A stretch of DNA of 64,000 nucleotides from Octopus sinensis. Lineage: Eukaryota. Positions 26,008-38,331 of this stretch are shown one piece after another. The translations under genes and the position numbers were made by a program. The stretch is taken from the NCBI RefSeq assembly GCF_006345805.1, contig NC_043016.1, forward strand, positions 3,348,001 through 3,412,000, read 5' to 3'. Under the pieces are notes generated by a model. It worked only from the letters and a program-made list of their open reading frames with translations. It did no database searches and was not told where the DNA came from. Each line of letters starts with the position of its first letter. Position 1 is the stretch's first letter.

Positions 26008-26645
26008 ATAATTAAAGAAATGAGTAGATAAACTTGGGGCTACATATGTTTGATTGCGAGCGGAACCTCGGAAGTGGTAAATATGTAAGAGAGGTGTATA
26101 CCGCAGGTTACTATTCAAGCCAAAGGTACAATGCAAACTTCGTTTAATCAAAATACACTTGGTTTGAAGAGTCGCTTGGATATTTACTACTTCCAAGGTT
26201 CTGCTCGCTATGAAACTTACGTAACCCAGATTTTATCAACTCAATTCCTTAACTCTTGGATTTTTATTCGTATACTTGGCAAGCCTGGTTGCCGACTGTG
26301 AACTATAAAATATATTTTTACAGCGTATCGTACTTCGATTAGCCCTCCAGCGGAGGGCTAATTGAGCTTGCAGCTCAAAACGAAAGAGAGCTAAGCAGCA
26401 TAACTGTAATACGTGTACAATGTTCATATGCTCCGGTGGTGTTTGATCAGAAGTTAAGGGCGGATGAGAATTAGTTCTGTAATGCAATCGTTCTATTGTT
26501 CCAGTCCCAAGTTGAATTCCAGCTTAACGCAGAGAAGTTCAAAGGTGGAGAACGTATCTATATTAAGATCTGAAGTGTAACATCTGAGACTCGCCTAATC
26601 CAATGTTAATTGCATCCATACGGTCGCATATTGCGAGGAACTAAA

Positions 26646-27891
26646 CTGTTAATATAAATATTTAAATATTTATACATAAAAATTTATCACCTGAAAGTTT
26701 CCACCGTTTGCTTTCTCTCATCCATCCATCCATCCATCCATCCATCCATACATACATACATACACACACACACACATACATACATACATACATACATACA
26801 TACATACATACATACATACATACATACATACATACATACACACATGCATATATACACACATGCATATATACATACATACATACATACATACATACATACA
26901 TACACACATGCATATATACACACATGCATATATACATATATATTTTATTTAAAGAAATTCCAACTCTGTCTGTTTTTTATGTTTTATTTATATTCTTTAT
27001 AATATTAATGTAGAATATAGAATATATAGTATAACTAATATATATAGTAAAATGAAATGAATTATTGATTGTATTATAGAATAGATGAATATTGAATATA
27101 AAATATTAAGGGACTAGTATACTTTCTGGCATTATAGTTTTCGAGGTCCCAGTTTGTGACAGGAGTGTTTCTATATATATATATATATATATATATAGAA
27201 ACACTCCTGTCACAACTGGGACCTCGAAAACTGCTATAGTTTGTGACAGGAGTGTTTCTATATATATATATATATATATATATAGAAACACTCCTGTCAC
27301 AAACTGGGACCTCGAAAACTGCTATAATGCCAGAAAGTATACTAGTCCCTTAATATTTTATATTCAATATTCATCTATTCTATAATACAATCAATAATTC
27401 ATTTCATTTTACTATATATATTAGTTTATACTATATATTCTATATTCTACATTAATATTATAAAGAATAGAAATAAAACATAAAAACAGACAGAGTTGGA
27501 ATTTCTTTAAATAAAATATATGTATATATGCTTGTGTGTATATATGCATGTGTGTATGTATGTATGTATGTATGTATGTATGTATATATGCATGTGTGTA
27601 TATATGCATGTGTGTATGTATGTATGTATGTATGTATGTATGTATGTATGTATGTATGTATGTATGTATGTATATATGCATGTGTGTATATATGCATGTG
27701 TGTATGTATGTATGTATGTATGTATGTATGTATGTATGTATGTATGTATGTGTGTGTGTGTGTATGTATGTATGTATGGATGGATGGATGGATGGATGGA
27801 TGGATGGATGGATGGATGAGAGAAAGCAAACGGTGGAAACTTTCAGGTGATAAATTTTTATGTATAAATATTTAAATATTTATATTAACAG
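26646..27891. repeat. ~1.25-kb palindrome (fold-back) with duplicated (TA)n-centred hairpins
   Basis: The ends ctgttaatataaat.../...tatattaacag and the arms are reverse complements; microsatellite lengths differ between arms. Confidence 0.9.
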
Positions 27892-27956
27892 GTCCAACTT
27901 ACACAGAGAACAAACGACAGAGAAAATTAAAGGGGTGGAAGAAATGTGTTATAAGT

Positions 27957-30900
27957 TCAACAGCTGTTTCTGGGTGCTCTGCGAGTCATAATATTGTTGG
28001 TAGGTTTAGTCCATTCAAGTAGTGAGTTTTTGTTGGGTGAGTTGTATCCAATTATGGGTGGCTTATCTGGTATTCTTTGATGGAATCTATCCAGATTCCG
28101 TTTAAAGTTGATGGGATCCTTTTCCTCTTTGGTCTCTTTCGGGACAATGTTAAATAGGGCAGGGCCTGTTGAGGAAAAGAAATTATGTTGCAGTGTACAT
28201 GTATGCTGTGATCTTGAATTGGGCAGGGGACGTATGGCCCGTGGTCCCAGTCTTGGATGAACCTTGAAGCTAATGTTCAGGTCGTTGGGCAAAGTTGGCC
28301 GTATATTCTCCACATCGTACAAATGATGTACCGCTCACGGCGACGCTGGAGAGAGTAGAGTTTCAAGGCTTTAAGGCGATCCCAATAATCGAGAGCAGCC
28401 ATGCCTTCAATTCGTTTAGTGAGTGCCCTCTGGGTGATTCAATCCTCGAGATGTTTTGTCTTGTATGGGGAGACCACAGTGGGCAGCAGTATTCGAGGTG
28501 TGGCCGTACAAAGGAGGAGAAAAGTGGTATGATGACACCTTGTTCTCTGGACCGGAAAGTTCTTAAGATCCAGGAACTCATCCTACGAGCTATATCGACC
28601 TTCTTGTTGATGTGTGCACTCCAACTGAGATCGTCATCAACAATACAAACCCAGGTCTCTGATATTGTTAGAGGCTGTGAGCGTTCCCCTGAAGGAAGAG
28701 AGTATGGCTGTTTTAGTGAGGAATTTCTTCCAAAATGCATCAGCTCAAATTTTCCCTCGTTCAGTTGCATTTTGTTTCTGTCTGCCCATTGACTCACAGC
28801 ATATAGATCAGACTGAAGTTGAGTTCGGTCTGCTTCTTCATTCACGATTTGCTGGAGTTAGTGTCATCAGCAAATATTTTCACTTTGCAGTAATGTACGA
28901 CACTGGAAAGGTCGTTATATGTAAATTATGAAGAGTAGCGGACCCAAGACAGTCCCCTGGGGACACCGCTGGTGACTTTTGCTGGGTTTGAGTGGACTCC
29001 GTCAACTACAACATGTTGTGTTCTATTCGCCAGGAAATACTTGATCCAGTGTAGAACTTTTCCACGGATTCCAACATTTGCCAATTTTGAGAGTAGGATA
29101 TTATGGTCTACTCTGTCGAACGCTTTACTGAAGTCAAGATATATGACATCAGAGTTCGAACCTGTTCCCAAGGCTTTGAGTACATCTTCAATAGGGTGTA
29201 AGAGCTGTGTTAGACAGTCCCTGTCACAGCGAAAGCCATGCGGATTTGCATTTAGGAGTTTGTGGGTCTCCAGGAAGTCAGCTATCCTTGATCTTAACAC
29301 TCTTTCAAACACTTTAATGATGTGGGAGGTGAGTGAGATTGGGCGATAGTTGAGTGCGAGGGATCTGTTTCCATGTTTGAAAACCGGGATGACTGACTGG
29401 GATAGACACTGTTTCGGTATAAACCTGCGTCTAAAGAATTTTCGAATTTCTCCAGAGGTTGGTCAGAGGGACTGCAAGTTGGTGTCTACATTCCTTCAGC
29501 AAACTAGCGGGGAATCTATCAGGGCCTACAGCAGAGTAGTATTTGACCTCATTTATTGCTGCTATGATGTCAGTTGCAGTGAAGGTTATGTCAGAGATTT
29601 TATGTTGGGAGTCAACTTCGTTCGCTTCTCTTACGTCAATATCAGTGGGAACACTAAGACAGAGCAGTATTGTTTCTGCAGTATTTCTGCTGCCATTTCT
29701 TTAGCATCGTGTTGGGAAATGCCATTATCATCAATCAATGGCCCAATGGGTGAGACAGTGGTTCTATGCTTATTTGCATAAGAATAGAACACTTTTGGGT
29801 TCTGTTTTGATGTTTTTGATTACCCACTGTTCCTCCACAGCTCTTTGGTTTTCAATGGAGGTTTTCATGTCGGTCTGCAGATGAAGTTTTTCCAGCTCTA
29901 GCCTTTTCATTGTTGTTGAATGTGGATGTTGTATGTGGGAATATTTTAATTGGTTGAATTTTTTGTTGAGTCTTTTGATGCGCCTGATGAGTGTTTTTTT
30001 CTTTTTAGGGAGCCGGTTTCTGTTTGTGTTAGTATATTTCGTGGGAGCGTGTTTAGAGCATGTATAGGTGACAATGTTTTCAAAGTGCTGCCATGCGGTC
30101 TCAATATGGGTGGAATTGAGAGTAAAAGACCAGTCGATGAAAGACAGATCCTTTCTGATTGCTCCCCAGTCCGCTTTGTGGAAGTTTATGTTGTCAAATG
30201 AGTGCCATGGAGTGGGATTGGCTGGTTTGGTTTTTATATATCGGGAATTAAAATTGCAGAGTACCATGTCGTGGTCTGAGAGGAGAGTTTTTTCAACTGA
30301 AATACTGTGAACGAAGCTAGAGTGATTGGTCAATACCAGATCCAAGATCGTTTTATTCTGTCTCGTTGGTTCGAGCACTAGCTGAGTCATAAAGTATTCA
30401 TCCATTAGATTAAAGAGCAGTTCTGCTGCTGCTCTATCTGATGTAGAGATATTGCCTAACTTCAGAGTATTTGTGGGCCAGTTCACACGAGGGAGGTTAA
30501 AATCACCCATCACTAGTATGTTTCCGGAGTTGTACTTCCGAAGGAAGGACTTGACTTTGCTAAGACACTCTTCAAAACACTTTAGAGGTGCTTGGGGAGG
30601 CCTGTAAAGACCAACAATGATTATGTCCTTGGCCTTGTTGAATAGTGATACAGATTCACAATAGCCATTGGAAAATATGTCCTTGGCATCAAGTGAAAAG
30701 GAATCATGGATAAAGATGACTGTCCCTCCCTTATTTCGGTCTGTGCGATCCGCACGTATAATGGTGAAATCATTTATTTTCACCTCGGCGTCCATATGGG
30801 TATTGTTCAGGTGAGTCTCGGTAAGGATAAAGAAAGGGAAGCAATGTGTTGTTTCGGCAAGCCAACTCTCTATATATGGGATCTTCCATTTTTGGGCAAT

Positions 30901-31083
30901 AATTGATGGGTTGATGCCACGTACATTTAACAGAAATGTCGAGGCAAGGGAAGTTTGATGTTTGCATTGTTCTAAGTTATGTTTTATGTTGTTCAGTGGT
31001 AACAATGTGGGTAGTTCTTGTATGGAGCTGTGTGTGTATGATTTTCTTGTTGGTAGTGGGTGTATGGTCCTTGTGATTTGCAT
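27957..31083 (-). pseudogene. LINE ORF2 (apurinic endonuclease and reverse transcriptase), frameshifted
   Basis: Split into ORFs 29770-31083, 28926-29312, 28363-28845 and 27957-28322, with frameshifts between them. Confidence 0.9.
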
Positions 31084-32474
31084 AGGTGGTTGCTCGTTGG
31101 ATCTCCTGGCTTAGGTCGGCCTTCATATTTTTTAGGCAAAGATGTTGAGGCGAGAGTGGATGGTTTTAATTGTTTTGGTGTTTTACTTATTTGTTTGCTT
31201 TTTAATGGCATGTGCAGTGGGGGTGATAGTGGTTGATGGTGGTGGGTGATGGCTCGGATGTTTTTTTCCAGTTCTTTTGCTAGATTCATTATAGCTAAAA
31301 AAGAGGAAGAAGTTTCCTGTCTAGGGAACTGTAGGTGACTGTGGTTGTGGTTATTTTTATATGAGTGGTTATTTCTATATGAGTCGTAGGTTTTTTTGCT
31401 TTTATTTTTATTTTTATTTATATTGTCATTTGTCCGACGAGTCCCCGGGAGATGGGTAAAGGGGCAATCCCTGTGCAAACACAATCTGTCTCGCTGGGAA
31501 TAGCGGCAGATTTGGGGATTCCTTGTTTGAGATATTGGTGGTTGTGGTGGTGTTGTAGTAAAGTATGTATTATGGTGGTGGCTGTTGTAGTTTGTGGGGA
31601 TAGAGCGTTTTGTTCCAGGTAAATGGGTGAATTTGCAGTCTCTATCAGTGCATAATCTATGGCGAAGAGAATATCGGCAAATGATGGGGTTTCGAGTGGG
31701 TGTGTAGGTGCGTGTGTAAGTTGTGAGAGGTGTAGATGATAGTTTGTTGGGGTTTTGGCGACCTTTGTGACTTGTAGGAGGTAGACTCCTTGAGATAGCA
31801 TTAGTAGTAGTAGTTGTAGTAGGCGACAGTGATGATGATTGAGGAGGTGGATTCCATGAGATAGCGGTAGACAGAGATGTTTGTGGATTGATAGTGTGTA
31901 TAATACTAGTAGTAGTAAGCAGAGGAGATGGTGTTGACAATGATGATGATTGAGCTGCTGGGGCAGTGAAAGGAAGGAGTGGTGCTTCCTGCTGTGTGAC
32001 CCTGATGACTGGGGGGTCAATCGTTTCGTTTAGCAAATCGACCATTGTAGATGAATCAAGGAGTGGTTCATACTGTTGTTGTTGCCGCTGAGGTTCTTGT
32101 TGAGGTTGTTGTTGATGCTGCTGAGGTTGTTGTTGTTGTTGCTGTAGCTGTTGCTGTTGTTGTTGCCGTTGAGTTTGTTGTTGAGGTTGTTGTTGTTGTT
32201 GTTGTTGTTGCGCCAGTGATGCGTTCGAAGAGAAAACACATCTCAGTTTATCGAAGTGTTTATTTATTAATTTAAAAGCAACTTCGATTTGTTTTAATTT
32301 ATTTTGTATCTGCTGTTCAGATCGAGTTTGCAAATGGTGAACTGTTCGTTTAGCAATTTCGTTCAGACACGAAGCACCTATGCTCTCTGTTTGGGTAAGG
32401 CCATGCCATGTGCTGATAAGAACGTCGACTTCATTATCAGACCAGTTTTTGTTGGATTTTTGGTGGCTAGCCAT
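30993..32474 (-). CDS. LINE ORF1-like protein, 493 aa: Myb/SANT-like N-terminus, polyQ, S/T/P-rich linker, two CCCH zinc fingers
   Basis: WSDNEVDVLISTW...EIA...RSEQQIQNKLK; CRYSLRHRLCTDRDCKFTH and CRYSQRDRLCLHRDCPFTH (C-x8-C-x4-C-x3-H); directly upstream of and overlapping the APE ORF. Confidence 0.75.
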   Translation of the reverse strand: MASHQKSNKNWSDNEVDVLISTWHGLTQTESIGASCLNEIAKRTVHHLQTRSEQQIQNKLKQIEVAFKLINKHFDKLRCVFSSNASLAQQQQQQQQPQQQTQRQQQQQQLQQQQQQPQQHQQQPQQEPQRQQQQYEPLLDSSTMVDLLNETIDPPVIRVTQQEAPLLPFTAPAAQSSSLSTPSPLLTTTSIIHTINPQTSLSTAISWNPPPQSSSLSPTTTTTTNAISRSLPPTSHKGRQNPNKLSSTPLTTYTRTYTPTRNPIICRYSLRHRLCTDRDCKFTHLPGTKRSIPTNYNSHHHNTYFTTTPPQPPISQTRNPQICRYSQRDRLCLHRDCPFTHLPGTRRTNDNINKNKNKSKKTYDSYRNNHSYKNNHNHSHLQFPRQETSSSFLAIMNLAKELEKNIRAITHHHQPLSPPLHMPLKSKQISKTPKQLKPSTLASTSLPKKYEGRPKPGDPTSNHLCKSQGPYTHYQQENHTHTAPYKNYPHCYH

Positions 32475-32912
32475 TCTGGTGGATATGTTTTATTAAATTT
32501 TATTTTGTTCGTTTGTTTTGTTGATGATTTTTTTTTTTTATAAGGAGAAGTATGTAGAATAGATTGTACAGAATGTTTGCTGTAATGCTGAGAAATTTGT
32601 ATTTGAATTATGAGCTTGCAGTTATTTTATCTTTCTTTTCTGTTTTTTTTTCCTTTTTTCCCTCTTTTTCTAATTTTTAATGTGTAGGTGATCCTTTAGT
32701 TATCAGAAGGTGTTGACGAAGTGTACATATAAATAAATACTCTCTCATAGGAGTGTGTGGTTTTGTTTATTTGGTCGTTTGAAATTTATGAAAATAATTT
32801 GTAGTTAAAGAAAAGTCTACTCACGAGATGGGAAAACGCGTGGTTTCAAATAAACAGGAATATATGTGTGATGGTCAATTCCGATTGTAGCTGCGAAGCT
32901 TGCTGCTGACTG

Positions 32913-32951
<39 letters not shown>

Positions 32952-33401
32952 ACACACACACACACACACACATTTATATATATATATATAATCACCAAAA
33001 ATTACCTAATAATGTCCCTCTGAAAGTAAATAAGAAACTTCACTCCTCCCGAAGTTTTAGTGAAGACATGTATTGAAAAAGTATTGCCCTAACTATCGAC
33101 CCTGATAACATATAAAGTGTGAAACTCTTAAAAATCACTAAATCACAATAAAACCAGACACAATAAAACACCTGTAATAGACATCCTTAATTAAAATTTA
33201 TTAAACACACATTCTTATCAATACAGAGAAAAAAAACCCTTTCAGATTTAGAGTTTAGCATCCTTCTTCTAGAAAAGAATATCAAAAATAATTCCTCAGA
33301 AGAAAGAGAGTAGAACCTGTTACCAATCCTATTAGCCGGGGCCGCCCCTAAAATGCTCCGTTCAATAAAGTACTTATTATTATAATCTTTAAGATTCCCA
33401 C

Positions 33402-33474
33402 GGGCATATGGCATAGTGCTTAAGCGCACTGGCTACTAACTCCAAGATTCCGAGTTCGATTCCTGGCAGTGACC

Positions 33475-33511
<37 letters not shown>

Positions 33512-33690
33512 CAACATCACAAAATACCTTAGGAATGAGAACCCAGGTTCGAAGTTTCCCCAACACACCTGATGAAGGCTGGAGGGTATATCAGCCGAAA
33601 TGTTGTGTTAACAACAAACAAGATGAGGACAAATATCCGTCAAATGTAAATAATGAACATAATTCCTCATCTCTTAAATATAGAGCTGTA
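33402..33690 (+). mobile_element. tRNA-headed short element carrying a hammerhead ribozyme motif
   Basis: A-box-like TGGCATAGTGC, anticodon-like loop ctactaa, B box GAGTTCGATTCC (33452-33463), (AAT)n spacer, hammerhead at 33565-33609. Confidence 0.65.
33565..33609 (+). ncRNA. Minimal type I hammerhead ribozyme motif
   Basis: acac-CTGATGA-a-ggctg[gagggtatat]cagcc-GAA-ATGT-T-gtgt: 4-bp stem I, 5-bp stem II, loopless stem III (ACGT variant), GUU triplet at 33602-33604. Confidence 0.65.
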
Positions 33691-34366
33691 TTTATGATTC
33701 CAGATGAAATTACTAAGACTTGTTGAAGAAGCCCTAAAGGAACGGTAATAATTCGAAACCCTTTTCTTATTATAATTAGCAGAAGAACCAATATAAAAGT
33801 AATCATTACCTTCAGAAATAACTTAAGCTTGATGGACGACTTTCCTATGCTTACAAAATTTACCAAATAAACAATTTTCTTTGTTTCTACAATCACAAAG
33901 GGAATTCTCCCCGTTACTTGCACCTTCAACAACTGAATTACCATTAAGGGAAAGGCTATTACCTCCACTGTTATTGAAACTTATATTAGAGTTCTATGTG
34001 TGTATGTCTTGTCTGTGTTTGCGCTCCACTACCACTTGACAACCGGTGTTGGTGTATTTTCGTCCCTGTAACTTAGTCGTATGGCAAATGACCGATAGAA
34101 TAAGTACTAGACTTTAAAAAAAAATTACTGTGGTCGACTTGTTCGACTAAAATCCTTCAAGACAGTGCCCCAGCCTGGCCGCAGTCAAATGAGTGAAACA
34201 AGTAAGAGATAAAAGATAAAAGATAATGTATAATTGCCATTAAGCAAAATCACGCATGCGCAGCACCCATACAAATGTACTTGTGTGTGTATGCGTGTGT
34301 GTGTACGCATGAAGTTGAATTTGTTTCAGGGAAAAAGTTAACTTAGCATCGACCTATGTGTATCGA

Positions 34367-34839
34367 TACAATAGTAATCAACCTGAAATACCTCGACTAT
34401 CGCAGGTGTCACGTTCAATACCCACCACACTCCGCGCGAAAGGTGAAAATTTGCGAAGTAGAAGCAGTACTGTTCTGTATATATTTTTTTATCATTTTTA
34501 TAATTTGTATATATTTATTTTATTATCAGTACAAAACAACACCACACACTCACTTCCCGGGTTTCGTTTTCCATCTAAGGTATACGTATTTTCTTTTAAT
34601 ATATTCCAATTATGTGTTATACAATGCAGTACTGTACTCTATTTTTATTTACTAATTTATTAATTTTTAGGCGTGAAAATGCTAATTTTACCACAGAAAT
34701 AATTAAAATCTAGAAACATAAATACCTATCGGCCGCATAAACCCACGATTTACTGAGGAGTCCGCGATTTAAATTTTAAAAACCCTCGAAATACTGAGTG
34801 CGCGATAAGTGAAGCACGATATGGTGAGGATTTACTGTA
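34367..34839. mobile_element. pogo/Tigger-like MITE
   Basis: Right end gaggatttactg+TA; left subterminal cctcgactatcgc...aggtgaaaatttgcgaagtag. The left TIR is degenerate. Confidence 0.55.
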
Positions 34840-35619
34840 GATAAAAGAGTCGATATGTTTGAAGAAAACCCGCTAAGGTGGTGCTCCAGCATAGCCACAA
34901 TGCAATGAATGAAACTTGACAAATAAATAAATAAGACAAATAAATAAAAGAAGAATGTTACAATAGATTTAGACTTGAAACCTATATTTTTTCTGACCTC
35001 TCAACTTCCACAAAAATCATGAATGTCTTGCTTATTTATTACCTTTTATTATGAAATAAAACCTCAATACAGAACTTCGAGATAAACACTTCAAAACCCG
35101 CAGAACAATATAACAGGAGAATAAATCAAAATTAAGAGAACTCAAATAAATAAAATGTATCACCAACCCTTGCTTCTTAGCAACCACTCCACTCTTATCA
35201 ATCCGATATTCTTATCAACCCGATATAGTTATCAATCTGGTATTACAAAACTTATGAGACAACTTACCTTGTATGAAGTGTCAGCAGTGTACAACACAGC
35301 ACAGAGTTTGCTGAATTTGTAATGAGGGGCTTAACTACGGATAAAGGAAGACAACGAAGAAGACGCAACAGATGTTGCTGTTACGAATTTAGATACACTC
35401 TGCAGTGATATTATTGAGACAGTAATGTTAGCCCTAAATGTACTTATATGAAGCTCCTAGAGAGAAATTCATAGGTGCTATCATAGCCAACTATGTATCA
35501 TACTTGATGTATATACATCGTTGAAAGGCAAGGTAACAAGGTACTTTTGTCTTCCTTCGAGATGAAATCTGTTACAGACGTGCTGTGTAAAGAAAAGACA
35601 TAGATATATGTATGTATAT

Positions 35620-35783
35620 AGGCTTAGGAGTGGCTGTATGGTAAGTAGCTTTCTTACTAACCACATGGTTCCAGGTTCAGTCCTACTGCGTGGCACCTTG
35701 AGCTAGTGTCTTTTACTATAGCCTCGGGCCGCCCAAAGCCTTGTGAGTGAATCTGGTACATTGAAACTGAAAGAAGCCTGTCG

Positions 35784-35844
<61 letters not shown>

Positions 35845-35859
35845 GTATATATATATATA

Positions 35860-35934
<75 letters not shown>

Positions 35935-36185
35935 ATGTATGTATGTATATACATATATATATATGTATATGTGTGTTTGTATTTGTGTATCTGTATTTGT
36001 CCCTCACCATCGCTTTACGACCGATGTTGGCGTTTACGTCCCCGCAACTTAGCGGTTCGGCAAAAGACCCCGATAGAATAAGTACTAGGCCTACAAAGAA
36101 TAAATCCTGGGGTCGATTTGTTCGACTAAAGGCGGTGCTCTAGCATGGCTGCAGTCCAGTGACTGAAACTATTAAAAGAATAAAA
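35620..36185 (+). mobile_element. SINE family A, full length with expanded internal (TA)n
   Basis: Head, body and tail are all present. Confidence 0.9.
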
Positions 36186-36225
<40 letters not shown>

Positions 36226-36901
36226 AAATCAAGGAACGGCCATTTGATTTTGATGTTGAATTTATAAATGGTCTATGACTATTTAATTTTTCTCACTAGG
36301 CCGCTGGTGGCAAAAAAATTCTACGAAATTTTTTGCCACCCTATATTGATTAATTATATATATATATATATATATATATTAATAAATGAAATAAAACATA
36401 TGCATATATATAAACATATATGTACGTACCTACCTCTACATGTACATATACACGCATATATGAGTACAGGACACCAAAAGGACGTCGAACACAAAGAGAA
36501 ACGAAAACATAGACACAAATCAAAGGAACTGGACTTTTTTTTAAAAACAACAAAAAATGGAGTACAGGACAATTAATACAACGAAAAAACCCCTTCTTCA
36601 GTCGCTAAGGTTTCATCTACTCTACGTTTCGAAGGATAATATAAAGCAAACTTTAGAAGCGTCGAGTGTTTCATATTTTTGAATAATATTTCGAATGCAA
36701 TATCGCTGTGAAAACAGCAGAAAGATTGGGTTTTTTACCCAACCTTCCTGCTCTCTTCACGGCTGTACTGCGTCCGAAATATTTCTTCATAGCGTGTTCA
36801 GCCAATATTAATCCCTTATCTTCGTAAGGGATTAATATATCCAAAATTTCACTGGCTTAATCCGCAACTCGTTCGAGGGAAGACTCGGATCATTATAAAT
36901 G

Positions 36902-37419
36902 TTATTCAATAAAAGTTGAGAAATGGGGAGTTGGTAAAGATGTAAATAATTTATCAACATAGTTCCAAGGTAAAATCTGAATACAAATAAACATTTAAAA
37001 ATTCGAAAAACCTACGTACGTTTCGATTTTAGCCTATAGATATACTTTTTTGAATACTTTTATATTTTTTGTTTATTTGTATGATATTCTTAGCTCATGC
37101 GTACACTCAATATATAAGATAAGTATTTGCCGTCTTCCCTATTATATTAACTTAATCCCTATCATAAGCCTGTAACCTTCATTTAAAAAAATACCTTGAA
37201 GAAATTCTATTCTGTATTTTTCAAAATGATAATTAATTTTCGTCATTGGATTTAATCCCGTTCTTGAAATCATGCATATATCTACAGGGTGGAATCGAAA
37301 CGTACGTAGGTTTTCTTAATTAAAAAAAAATTATTTGTATTCAGTGTTCACTTTGGAACTATGTTAATAAATAAATTTACATCTTTACCAATTCTCCATT
37401 TCCCAACTTTTATTGAATA
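36902..37419. repeat. Inverted repeat (36902-37027 / 37293-37419), PLE-terminus-like
   Basis: The arms are diverged reverse complements. Confidence 0.8.
37191..37314 (+). ncRNA. Degenerate hammerhead-like motif with long loop 2
   Basis: acc-TTGAAGA-aattcta...tggaatc-GAA-ACGTACGT-A-ggt; C3 is substituted. Confidence 0.4.
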
Positions 37420-37490
37420 TATATATGTATATATATATACACATACTCACACACACATATATATACACATATATACATATATATGGACAC

Positions 37491-37582
<92 letters not shown>

Positions 37583-37990
37583 ATATATATATATATATAT
37601 TATATATATATTGTATATATATATATAGCATGGTTTATAATCATTCAAAAGAAATTAAGAAAATGGAGATATAGCCATTAATAAAAATACGTTATCTGCA
37701 AAAATCAATGTAATCTCTGGCAGCTGTTTCAATTAAGCCTGAAAATTATAATAGCAGTTATTGAAACACTATATTAGCCAAAATCTCATCAGAGTGGTAG
37801 AGAAAAGATATGGTGTTTGGTTATTAAGTGCTACATTTTAGAATCATCTCATCTGAATCTGCTGAGATCATTCTGAAATGTACGTTTCGAGTTTACGCTC
37901 TTCAATAGAAAGGAATAAAAGAAAAAAAGTAGAGAAAAAAAGTGTGGATTTAGCGATCAAGCATGGAGACTGGTTGGGAAATATATACAT

Positions 37991-38331
37991 AGGCGCAGGA
38001 GTGGCTGTGTGGTGAGTAGCTTGCTAACCAACCACATGGTTGCGGGTTCAGTCCCACTGCGTGGCATCTTGGGCAAGTGTCTTCTGCTATAGCCCCGGGT
38101 CGACCAATGCCTTGTGAGTGGATTTGGTAGACGGAAACTGAAAGAAGCCTGTCGTATATATGTATATTTATATATATGTGTGTGTGTGTGTGTTTGTGTG
38201 TCTGTGTTTGTCCCCCTAGCATTGCTTGACAACTGATGCTGGTGTGTTTACGTCCCCGTCACTTAACGGTTCGGCAAAAGAGACCGATAGAATAAGTACT
38301 GGGCTTACAAAGAATAAGTCCCGGGGTCGAT
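37991..38331 (+). mobile_element. SINE family A, 3' end cut by the adjacent PLE
   Basis: Full head; stops at gtcgatttg. Confidence 0.9.

Larger units (their letters stand above)
27950..32900 (-). mobile_element. Near-full-length CR1/L2-group LINE (ORF1 plus APE-RT ORF2)
   Basis: ORF1 30993-32474; APE domain (LLNVRG, LTETHL, GLYRPP, MGDFN, LDLVLT, SDH); RT domain (YLDFSKAFDRVDH, SGVP). The 5' boundary is approximate. Confidence 0.9.

Noticed and set aside
27145-27330. CRISPR-like repeat and spacer appearance
   Set aside because: There are only two palindromic units around (TA)n, no unique spacers and no cas genes, in a eukaryotic context.
28295-30906. Plus-strand ORFs overlapping the LINE (28295, 28972, 29350, 29950, 30706)
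   Set aside because: They are antisense shadow frames of ORF2.
36585-36640. Type II-like hammerhead on the minus strand (GAAACGT...CTGAAGA)
   Set aside because: Stem I does not pair, and stem II relies on several G-U pairs.
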